From assembly GCA_003144275.1 (NCBI GenBank), contig NJBF01000040.1:1-32000 (forward strand): 32,000 nt of DNA, written 5' to 3'. Below the pieces are notes generated by a model that saw only the letters and a list, made by a program, of their open reading frames with translations, did not search any database and had not been told where the DNA came from. Shown piece by piece: positions 1 to 8,476 of this stretch (position 1 is the stretch's first letter; each line of letters opens with the position of its first letter). Origin of the DNA: Candidatus Heimdallarchaeota archaeon B3_Heim. GTDB taxonomy: Archaea > Asgardarchaeota > Heimdallarchaeia > Hodarchaeales > Hodarchaeaceae. Position numbers and translations under genes: made by a program.

Positions 1-782
1 AGCTCCTTAGCGGATGTATTCATTCCTCCCGCACTGGATATAAAAGGACTTGACAAATGAGGTGTTGGTGTACGCTTAATATTCTTCCCATCTAAATCAT
101 AAACATAACCCGATGAGACATTTGGGTCCGTATCTAGATCCTCTCTGAAAAATGTGCTTCGTGACATTCCCAACTTATTGAAAATTTCTTGTTTCATATA
201 TTCTGCATACGACATTCCAGTTACTTTTTCGATAATTTGACCAAGGAGGGTAAATCCACCGTTCCAATAATAGTATTTAGATTCGGGAGGTGAGAGTAAT
301 TCACTTTGTGCTTCGTTCACAAGCGAATAGAAGTCATCCCACGTACCAAGAGGCAAAGTCGGGATATTCGCATTATATCCTTGATTAACCATTATAAATG
401 CATATGTATCTAAACTCGGCATACCTGATGAATGGCTCATTAAGTGGTGAAGTGTTATTGGTTTATCCTTGAAGTTCAATTCTATTGGGAGATATTTAGA
501 AATAGAATCATGGATGTTCAGTTTACCATTTTGAAATAATTGTAAAATAGCTAAACAGGTCATTGATTTCGTTATAGAAGCAATACCATAAAGTGTATCG
601 CTTGTTGCAGGTTTCCGCTTAGTCAGGTCTCCATATCCAAATCCCCTGTCATAAATTACATCATTATCTTTTGTTATAAGAACAGACATTCCGGGAACTT
701 TGAAATCTCGCATTACGTCTATTACTTCATGCTCAAAGATTTTTCTAAAAGGCTGCATGTTTATCGGATCCATATCGGTCAT
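1..782 (-). CDS. Serine hydrolase, beta-lactamase class C / penicillin-binding-protein-like family (runs off the left edge, 3' part missing)
   Basis: Not in the ORF track; translated by hand from ATG at 782: MTDMDPINMQPFRKIFEHEVIDVMRDFKVPGMSVLITKD...TLYGIASITKSMT (SxxK = SITK)...ITLHHLMSHSSG...KYYYWNGGFTLLGQIIEKVTG (YxN = YWN)...SAGGMNTSAKE. The frame stays open to the window edge. Confidence 0.92.
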   Translation of the reverse strand, partial: MTDMDPINMQPFRKIFEHEVIDVMRDFKVPGMSVLITKDNDVIYDRGFGYGDLTKRKPATSDTLYGIASITKSMTCLAILQLFQNGKLNIHDSISKYLPIELNFKDKPITLHHLMSHSSGMPSLDTYAFIMVNQGYNANIPTLPLGTWDDFYSLVNEAQSELLSPPESKYYYWNGGFTLLGQIIEKVTGMSYAEYMKQEIFNKLGMSRSTFFREDLDTDPNVSSGYVYDLDGKNIKRTPTPHLSSPFISSAGGMNTSAKE

Positions 783-935
783 ATATTTTTAAAATCTTTA
801 AGTTTCTTATGCTTAAGTAAAAAACCACTTTCTAACTTACGAAAAACCAAATCTTAGCACTAACATAAATAAGAGGTAATAGTGACTAGAGCTTCAAAAG
901 AGTTTCACCTCTTGAATATAGGAAAGGGTTGAAAA

Positions 936-1937
936 ATGGAGAAGAAGTTAAAAATTAAACCTAAATACAATCCATGTTGGATTTCATTCTTAGGTGCCGT
1001 TTCAGGAGTTTTACAAGCTTTAGATAAACAAGAATATGATCTAGTTAATACGGGTGGATATACCGGTTATGCTTTTGCCTTACCCAATGTTATGAATAAC
1101 TGTACCTGCCCCTCGGGTCCAACATCACTGGGAGAGATGTGGAACGAAATATTAACGGGAACTAATTCCTTGGGGTATGAAACTACACTGTATAATGACC
1201 CAATCTGTTTTCCTGAGAAAGAGGGAGAACTTACTGAAAAAGATCGTCAGCGTGCTTTGAGAATTTTTAAGACTGTAAAAGCCTCCATTGATGCCGACTA
1301 TCCCGTTGTTCTCTGGGGACTTCCAATCCCCGAATATGGAATTGTAGCTGGTTATCAAGGAAATTTTTACCTTGCTAGCACATATCGTAGTCTAATGAAA
1401 ATCCCTGAGGAGCCTGTTCATTATGAATCCCTTCAAGCACCGGGTGGTCTTCATGCTATCACTTTTAAAAACTTAATTGGTGATACTGATCCTGATTCAG
1501 ATAGAATAAGCTTACAAAGGGCAGTTACTCTCGCAAAAGGTGATGTAACGGAGAAAAATTATAGTGCAGGTATTCAAGCATACATAGAATGGACAAATGT
1601 GCTTGAGAACGCACCAGAAAAAGATGTAATATATCATGGTAATGCATACGTGAATGAGTGTACTCTAGAGGCAAAAGAAATTGCATTTGCGTTTTTGCAG
1701 AGACTTGCAGAGAAATATCTGGAAGAACCTTTCTCACTAAAACTGCAAGCGGCAGGAATGAAGTATCAGAAGGTTGTCGAACAATTGAAGGAATTCCAGA
1801 AATTGTTTCCGTTTGCCATGGAAGGTGAAATTACTAAAGAAAAGCGGCTCGAAGGTGCAAAGGTACTCCGAAATGCTATTCCATTTGAGGAGGAAGCTTT
1901 AAAACTCATGAAAGAAGCACTATCTCTTTGGAAATGA
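936..1937 (+). CDS. Hypothetical protein, 333 aa; N-terminal half has a weak BtrH_N/papain-like (C39-like) layout, C-terminal half is helical
   Basis: Long ORF divergent from the serine hydrolase and followed by a T-rich tract. The 'PVVLWG...EYGIVAGY' strand pattern suggests the fold, but no catalytic Cys/His is evident. Confidence 0.6.
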   Translation: MEKKLKIKPKYNPCWISFLGAVSGVLQALDKQEYDLVNTGGYTGYAFALPNVMNNCTCPSGPTSLGEMWNEILTGTNSLGYETTLYNDPICFPEKEGELTEKDRQRALRIFKTVKASIDADYPVVLWGLPIPEYGIVAGYQGNFYLASTYRSLMKIPEEPVHYESLQAPGGLHAITFKNLIGDTDPDSDRISLQRAVTLAKGDVTEKNYSAGIQAYIEWTNVLENAPEKDVIYHGNAYVNECTLEAKEIAFAFLQRLAEKYLEEPFSLKLQAAGMKYQKVVEQLKEFQKLFPFAMEGEITKEKRLEGAKVLRNAIPFEEEALKLMKEALSLWK

Positions 1938-1953
1938 ACTTTACCAAAACTAC

Positions 1954-1968
1954 TCTTTTCTTTTTTCC
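1954..1968 (+). terminator. Oligo-T archaeal-type terminator candidate
   Basis: TCTTTTCTTTTTTCC about 17 nt after the stop at 1937. Confidence 0.4.
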
Positions 1969-2182
1969 AAAATTTTTCAAGTTACTGTAGAATTTTGACT
2001 CCACATACGTTAACATTGAATGAGATATCCTTTCAATACGTGTACTTAAAGGAAATTTTGAAGGGGTCGGTAGATTACTTTTACTTTAGTATACTGAAAG
2101 ATTAAAAAGAACAATATATGAATTGTGTTTGATTGCTTCTGATCTATTAGTAGGTTGGATTAAAACGGGTTAGGAGTAGTAA

Positions 2183-3232
2183 ATGGTGAAAAAATCTTTT
2201 CATAATTTTTTGGAACAGATCCAAAACACACAAAGACAGGCTATAGAGCAAGTTGAAAGGGTACAGTCTGATAGACTTCAAGATTTTGATTATCAAGAAG
2301 ATCCTCCAAAAATGATTGCGATCGACGGCTCGAATCGCTGGATCTGGAATAATCCCGACATTAATGCACGTATTGCAATTATTCGTACCGCTTATGTTGT
2401 TTATGAGTTTAATAGCGACTTTTCCCCTCCTATGCAGATTCTTAATCAAGGTTCTCAAGATGAAGCGGTTCTGATTGCACCTGATAACCCCAACATTCAT
2501 ACTTATGATCAAGATTTCCAGAAATTGCATACTGAAATACAGAGAATAATTGGTCGCAAAAATCCATTAGGGGAAACCCTCTCTTTGCTTCGTTCACTTG
2601 CTGAATTCAAAATGGTGGAGGAATTGGCTAGTAATTATACGGAATCACTGATTGTGATGGATGGCGCTTTGACTTATGTACAGATAAAAGAATTTGAAGA
2701 CACCATTAGGAATATTGTCAAGGCCTGCAAGAAAAATAACAATATTTTGATTGGAGTATCAAAAAGGAATATTACACGGTGGCTTGGATCCGAACTAACT
2801 GATGAAGCAGTTATGAGAGAAATTGCCCGAAATGACCAAAAAATGATGTATATGGATATTCCAACGATACCCAAATCCCAACAGAAATTCCCATCTATTG
2901 GTAAGACTTATCTAGCGAAATTGCATGCAAAACCTGTTAAAACCTTTAGAGTGGATATTTATAACCCTTTAAATGTAAATGATAATAAAGTTCTGTCACA
3001 TCTAGCATACTACTCACAGGTGAACACATTTCCTGGATATCCATTTCCCTTAGTAGATGCACATACTATTGCAGCCCTTTTAAGGCGTGTTCCGGATATG
3101 TATAATCACGAATTACTAGAAGTCGGCATTCAACTTGGTTTCACAGAAGATGAATTACTCCAATACATGATAACACATGAAAATATGGAAACTGATCCAT
3201 TCCACAGATATTTAGACGATGCAACAAGATAA
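2183..3232 (+). CDS. nurA: NurA 5'-3' nuclease
   Basis: Motifs IAIDGS, LAE, LIVMDGAL, IGVSK and C-terminal GYPFPLVDAH; AGGAG upstream of the ATG; directly upstream of herA. Confidence 0.9.
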   Translation: MVKKSFHNFLEQIQNTQRQAIEQVERVQSDRLQDFDYQEDPPKMIAIDGSNRWIWNNPDINARIAIIRTAYVVYEFNSDFSPPMQILNQGSQDEAVLIAPDNPNIHTYDQDFQKLHTEIQRIIGRKNPLGETLSLLRSLAEFKMVEELASNYTESLIVMDGALTYVQIKEFEDTIRNIVKACKKNNNILIGVSKRNITRWLGSELTDEAVMREIARNDQKMMYMDIPTIPKSQQKFPSIGKTYLAKLHAKPVKTFRVDIYNPLNVNDNKVLSHLAYYSQVNTFPGYPFPLVDAHTIAALLRRVPDMYNHELLEVGIQLGFTEDELLQYMITHENMETDPFHRYLDDATR

Positions 3233-3259
3233 CATTCATTAAAATAAGAGGACAAAAAT

Positions 3260-4846
3260 ATGAAGAAAGATATTGAAGAAAAGATAGCTCTAGGTGAAGT
3301 TATTTCGGGTGCTGTAAGTGGTGCAATCCAATTAAAGCTCAGGACCGATAGTGAGGAAGTGAAAATAGGATTTCCTGCAGTCATTGAGGGGAAAAAATAT
3401 GATTTCTTTTCCATTATTTCTGATATTCAATTCCCAACAAGTAATGCGGTCACTATGTTAGCAAATGCAGAAAAACTGCGAAATACGATACCCTTGAATA
3501 CCATCGACACTTCTAGGGGACGTACATTTTATAGTATTGCTGAGCTCCAGTGTGTTCAAATGATTGAGCAGACATCTGGCAAAGCTTTTGAATTTGAGAC
3601 CCTTCCCCCTTATTTTTCATCAGGTCGATTAGCGAGTAAATCTGATGTGCAACGGGTATATCAAACAGACCTCCCTGAAAATACTCAATCAGTTGGAACC
3701 CTCAGAGGGGTAGAAGGATTTGAAATTCCAATTGATTTCAAAAAACTCGTAGAGGTACCGTTTGGGATTTTTGGTCGAACACACTCGGGAAAAACTTTTC
3801 TCAATAAGATAATCCTTGGAAATATTATTAAAACTGAGGTATCGCAGATTCTGGTTTTTGATATGCAATCCGAATATGGGTGGCGATCCCGCGCTGATAA
3901 TTCCCCTGGTCTGAAGTTTTTCTTTGAAGATCAAGTCACTCTATTAAGTCTTGACCCGAGCACAAGTAAAAGCCACGATGAGGATTTATTGATAGGAGAA
4001 AACGAAATAGAACCTGAGGATTTAATCGTAGCTTTCCAAGATCTTTCACCTACAATGATTGATGCAATTTATGAGATAAATCGAACGAAACCCTCATCAC
4101 AAACTCTTATGGAAGGAATTCATGCAGCACTGATAGCCGACCCCCCTCCTCAACGCATTAATCGTGGAACTTTGAACGCTTTGAGTAGACGTATCATGAG
4201 ATTAGATCGCTTATCTTTTGTAGTGAAATCCGATAAGGGAAATTTGAATAACATACTAAAATATATACAATCAGGCCAGAATATTGTAATCGACTTTGGG
4301 AAGTTTGGAGCGGATTTCTTCGCGTATGTGTTTGTGGCAAACATAATTTCTCGTCGATTATATAAAAGCTATAGTGAAATGGTCGATATGAGTGATTATC
4401 CTAGACTAGTTGTCCTTCTTGAAGAGGCTCATAAGTTTTTAGACCCCAGAATCTCGAAAAATACCATTTTTGATAGGCTTGCACGAGAAATGCGTAAATT
4501 TAATCTAGTATTGGCAATGGTCGATCAGCGACCTTCGAGAATTGACCCTGAGATATTATCACAACTCGCAAATCGATTCATTCTTTCCTTAACAGATCCT
4601 AAAGATACCATTAATGCTTTAACGGGCCCTGTTGATCCGGCGGCATGGCGAGCAATTGTACGTGCTATGCCTCCTCGTACTGTATTAATGTTTGGTGACG
4701 CAATCCGCGCACCGACGGCCATGGATGTTCTGGAGTATAATGAAAGCACAATGACTCAAAAATGGCAAATTAGCAGTACGTCCCAGGAGTTACGTGATAC
4801 TCTTGATTCCCTATCGGATGATGATAAAAGAAACATGTTCAAGTGA
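3260..4846 (+). CDS. herA: HerA (FtsK/HerA superfamily) DNA translocase/helicase
   Basis: N-terminal HAS-barrel-like region, Walker A GRTHSGKT, FDMQSEYG, Walker B VVLLEEAHKF, AREMRKF and DQRPS motifs; GAGG RBS. Confidence 0.93.
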   Translation: MKKDIEEKIALGEVISGAVSGAIQLKLRTDSEEVKIGFPAVIEGKKYDFFSIISDIQFPTSNAVTMLANAEKLRNTIPLNTIDTSRGRTFYSIAELQCVQMIEQTSGKAFEFETLPPYFSSGRLASKSDVQRVYQTDLPENTQSVGTLRGVEGFEIPIDFKKLVEVPFGIFGRTHSGKTFLNKIILGNIIKTEVSQILVFDMQSEYGWRSRADNSPGLKFFFEDQVTLLSLDPSTSKSHDEDLLIGENEIEPEDLIVAFQDLSPTMIDAIYEINRTKPSSQTLMEGIHAALIADPPPQRINRGTLNALSRRIMRLDRLSFVVKSDKGNLNNILKYIQSGQNIVIDFGKFGADFFAYVFVANIISRRLYKSYSEMVDMSDYPRLVVLLEEAHKFLDPRISKNTIFDRLAREMRKFNLVLAMVDQRPSRIDPEILSQLANRFILSLTDPKDTINALTGPVDPAAWRAIVRAMPPRTVLMFGDAIRAPTAMDVLEYNESTMTQKWQISSTSQELRDTLDSLSDDDKRNMFK

Positions 4847-4880
4847 TTAATCCTTATTTTTAATTCGAGATTTGATTAGA

Positions 4881-6104
4881 ATGGCAAAAATCGTCATAGT
4901 GGGAGATGTCCATATTGGAAAGCGATATGCATATCGTGTCAATTTGAAAACAGGCATTAGCGACCGTACTTTAGATTTTATTAATGCTCTTTCTAGAGTA
5001 GTTGCTTATGCAATCAATAATAAGGCCGATATATTTATCATTGCAGGGGATCTGTACGATCGCGTCACAGTCGGTCCAACACTTCTTCGACAAGTTAGAG
5101 AAACAATTTGGCAGCCTCTTATTGAAGCAAAAATTCCGATAGTTTGTATTGGGGGAAATCATGACTCACCACAAATATTTGAGAAAGGATCACCATTGGG
5201 AGAAATTTCTCTTTTTCCGAATAGTATTGTAGCACGATCTCCACAAACCGCTATAGTACACACTATGACTACAAAGGAAGAAATTGGTTTTCTTCTCCTA
5301 CCATATCTAACGGCATCCCAAGTTGTGAAGTTTGTAGAAGAACGTCTTGGTAAATCTGTCGAGAAGGAAAGACAGATGGTTTTAAGTCAAGAATATCTTA
5401 AATACTTTATAGAAAATGAATTAAAACAACTTCCCACTAAGACAAATCTTCTTGTTGGTCATTACTTCTTTCAAGGATCCAAAATTAATATTATTCCATA
5501 CCCAGATCATCTTCCTCATGAATTCAAATTTAAGAAAGATATGCTACCATTAGATAAAATTGACTTAGCAATATTCGGTCATATTCATACCACTCAAACT
5601 TTACATGGTGGAAAAGTTTTAGTTCCTGGATCATTGGAACGAGTAGATTTTGGTGAGGTGAACGAGGATAAAGGATTTTATGTATTCGAAACTACAACAG
5701 GAAAGCTAGAATTTATTACAAATAATCCTCGTTCGTTAGTTAAACAGTTTATTGAAGTACCAAGGGTAGAGGATCCTACAAATTACATAATTCAAAATTT
5801 ACCAAGAACATTAGAAGAGTCTATTGTCCGTATAATTATAAAAATATCCCCCGAATTAAAGAAGAAAGTACGTCTGCCACGTATTCATCAAGCGTTAGAT
5901 TCAACATTTCATTTTGAATTGTTCTGGGATACTTCTATAACTCAACGTGAAATAGTTCTCACTGATTTTGTTCTAGATCCATTAGTCTTATTTAATGACT
6001 TTATTACGAGAAAACTTGATCAAGACCCCAATTTGGAACAATTACGTCAAAAAGGATTAGAAATTCTTGATCGAGCACTCGCTCAGGTGGAAGAAAAGCT
6101 ATGA
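4881..6104 (+). CDS. mre11: Mre11/SbcD metallophosphoesterase nuclease
   Basis: Phosphoesterase motifs GDVHIG, GDLYD, GNHD, GHY and GHIH, plus PGSLERVDFGE. ATG at 4881 preferred over the TTG at 4872. Confidence 0.93.
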   Translation: MAKIVIVGDVHIGKRYAYRVNLKTGISDRTLDFINALSRVVAYAINNKADIFIIAGDLYDRVTVGPTLLRQVRETIWQPLIEAKIPIVCIGGNHDSPQIFEKGSPLGEISLFPNSIVARSPQTAIVHTMTTKEEIGFLLLPYLTASQVVKFVEERLGKSVEKERQMVLSQEYLKYFIENELKQLPTKTNLLVGHYFFQGSKINIIPYPDHLPHEFKFKKDMLPLDKIDLAIFGHIHTTQTLHGGKVLVPGSLERVDFGEVNEDKGFYVFETTTGKLEFITNNPRSLVKQFIEVPRVEDPTNYIIQNLPRTLEESIVRIIIKISPELKKKVRLPRIHQALDSTFHFELFWDTSITQREIVLTDFVLDPLVLFNDFITRKLDQDPNLEQLRQKGLEILDRALAQVEEKL

Positions 6105-8476
6105 GCGATACAGCCCATCACTCTTTCGGGGGAGGTTTTGATCTAATTTCTCTAGAAATATATCGCTTCATGAATTATCTGGGGAAACCAGTTAAATTTG
6201 CTTTCAATGCTCCCAATATCGTCATCTCTGGTCCAACCGGTTCAGGAAAAACAACAATTTTAGATGCCCTAACATTTGCTCTATTCGGTAGAAGCTCCCG
6301 ATTGGATCTAACTATTGTTAAAACAGAAGATATATGTGGGAATAATGGAAGAGTAACTTGTGAATTCCATATAGACAAAATCTATTACAAAATTATCCGT
6401 GGGAGGGACAGTAAGGGCAAAAGCTTTTTAGAACTGTTTATCAACAATGAACGGATTAATGGGAAAATTCCTGAGTTAAATGAGAAAATTCGGTCTACCA
6501 TCCTTGGAATGAATTATGCTGCTTTTGTAAATTCGACTATCATTCGCCAAGATGAAATGAAATCACTGGGATCTAAATCCTCAACAGAACGATTAAAAAC
6601 ATTACAAAACCTATTTCGACTGGATATTTTTAATAAAGCTATACAAGACACTCAAGAACAACTAATGACAATAAATGGCTTGAAAAATAAAGTAGAGGGT
6701 GAATTGCAAACAAATAAGAAGAATTTTTCCTCTAAAATACTTTTAGAAAAGAAAGTAAATCAATTAGTTCCTCAATTACAGAAATTGAAGAGTGAGGAAA
6801 AGAAGTCATTCAAGATAATCGGTGAAAAGGAACTAGAGAAGAATGAGAAACAAGAATTACATGAAAAATTCCAAATCACTTTAGATAGTATGAAAAACTC
6901 TGAAAAACAACTTATGAAGCTTGAAAATTCAGAGAGGAAATCAGAAGAAGAATTAAAAAAATATATGAAATTAAAAAATAATTCTATGGTTTTAGAGAAG
7001 CAAATTGAAGTAATTCGTAATCATGATGAGGAAATAAGATCTCTTGAAAGCAAGAAAAAAGAGTATACATTTATAAAATCTGGGATAGAAAAATTGATCC
7101 AGAGACGAAGGAAAGATGAATTACGACTCATAAAAGATACAGAAAAGAAGAATAATCTGAAAGCAGAAACAGTAAAGCGAATTGCGAACCTTACGACCGA
7201 TATCGATCATAAAAAGGCTTTTCAAATCTTGCAACAGGAGGGAAGATTAGGGGAACGAATTCAAAGAATTTCTCTTGAAAAATCATGGAAATTACCCGAT
7301 AAACTCATTCAGGAATTACTACAGGAACAATTAAACGCAAGATCTGATCTCAAAGAGTTATTAACGGAGAAAACAAAGATCAATATCGACTCTTTTAGAT
7401 TATCTGAAATCCAAGACACGGAAAACCAGTTAATAGCGGAAATCGAGAAATTAAATGAACGATTAAGCGAGTTAAAGGAATCTTCAGAGAAGGAAATCCA
7501 AGAGGAGAAAAACAAGCAAAAGAAGATTGGATTTTCTCCAGAAATACAGAAACATCTTGATATGTTGAAAAACTCACAAATTACTAATGAAAAGATAAAA
7601 AAAGAGTATACTACAGCAAAACATAACTTTGAGTCAATAATTGATCCTACAAGCAAAATAAATACTCTACAAAATCAAATCAAAGTGATTAAAGAGGAGA
7701 GAGTAAGATTTCGAGAGGAACTTAAAGATTATCGACAATTTCAAAAGGAGTTTGAATTTCTTAAAACTGACTTGAAAGAAAAAAAAGAAAGTGTCGAAAA
7801 ATTACAGATCCAATGTGTTCGTATGGATCAGGATATTAAGAACCTGCAATTTAATATTCTAGAACTTCAAAAATTAAAGCCAGAAATTAAAAAACTTGAG
7901 AAAAAGTTGGACAAGTTTATTCAGGAAGAAAACGTTTTAATTAAACTGAAGAATGAGGTGTTTCATATAAGGGGCGCTCCTTTCTATGCAATTAACAAGA
8001 TACTACCTCATCTTGGTAAGCGTGCTTCCCTAATTTTGTCAGATTTAACAAGCCGAAAATTAACTAGTGTTCAATTAGAAAGAATTGATAAAGGAAAACA
8101 AGGTTTGGGATTCAACATTAACATCCAAACTCCTCAAGGACCTCGGGATATTTCAACCTTTTCTGGTGGTGAACGTACTCAAATTAATGCGGCATTAAGA
8201 TTAGCGATCAGTGAAGAACTTTCCTATTTTGGTGGAGAAAGAGCTCAAGAATCAGGAACAAAGAAGACACTATTTATTGATGAGGGAGATTTGGGATCCC
8301 TTGATACTATGGAAGCTCAACAAGCATTCGTCAAGAAGCTCTTTGAATTAAGTAATAAATTTAAGATCATATTAATAACCCACATCACAGAAATTGCGGA
8401 TCAATTTCCACATTCCATTCAGATTACACGTGATACTTACGGGAGATCTATGAAAAATGCTGCGAGTGATACTTAG
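6101..8476 (+). CDS. rad50: Rad50/SbcC SMC-like ATPase without a CXXC zinc hook
   Basis: Walker A GPTGSGKT, Q-loop IIRQDE, ~450-aa coiled coil, signature FSGGE, Walker B LFIDE, D-loop SLD, H-loop ITH; ATGA overlap with the mre11 stop. Confidence 0.93.
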   Translation: MSDTAHHSFGGGFDLISLEIYRFMNYLGKPVKFAFNAPNIVISGPTGSGKTTILDALTFALFGRSSRLDLTIVKTEDICGNNGRVTCEFHIDKIYYKIIRGRDSKGKSFLELFINNERINGKIPELNEKIRSTILGMNYAAFVNSTIIRQDEMKSLGSKSSTERLKTLQNLFRLDIFNKAIQDTQEQLMTINGLKNKVEGELQTNKKNFSSKILLEKKVNQLVPQLQKLKSEEKKSFKIIGEKELEKNEKQELHEKFQITLDSMKNSEKQLMKLENSERKSEEELKKYMKLKNNSMVLEKQIEVIRNHDEEIRSLESKKKEYTFIKSGIEKLIQRRRKDELRLIKDTEKKNNLKAETVKRIANLTTDIDHKKAFQILQQEGRLGERIQRISLEKSWKLPDKLIQELLQEQLNARSDLKELLTEKTKINIDSFRLSEIQDTENQLIAEIEKLNERLSELKESSEKEIQEEKNKQKKIGFSPEIQKHLDMLKNSQITNEKIKKEYTTAKHNFESIIDPTSKINTLQNQIKVIKEERVRFREELKDYRQFQKEFEFLKTDLKEKKESVEKLQIQCVRMDQDIKNLQFNILELQKLKPEIKKLEKKLDKFIQEENVLIKLKNEVFHIRGAPFYAINKILPHLGKRASLILSDLTSRKLTSVQLERIDKGKQGLGFNINIQTPQGPRDISTFSGGERTQINAALRLAISEELSYFGGERAQESGTKKTLFIDEGDLGSLDTMEAQQAFVKKLFELSNKFKIILITHITEIADQFPHSIQITRDTYGRSMKNAASDT

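Noticed and set aside
6630-7960. Low-complexity A-rich, quasi-periodic DNA
   Set aside because: Explained by the Lys/Glu-rich Rad50 coiled coil, not a DNA repeat.
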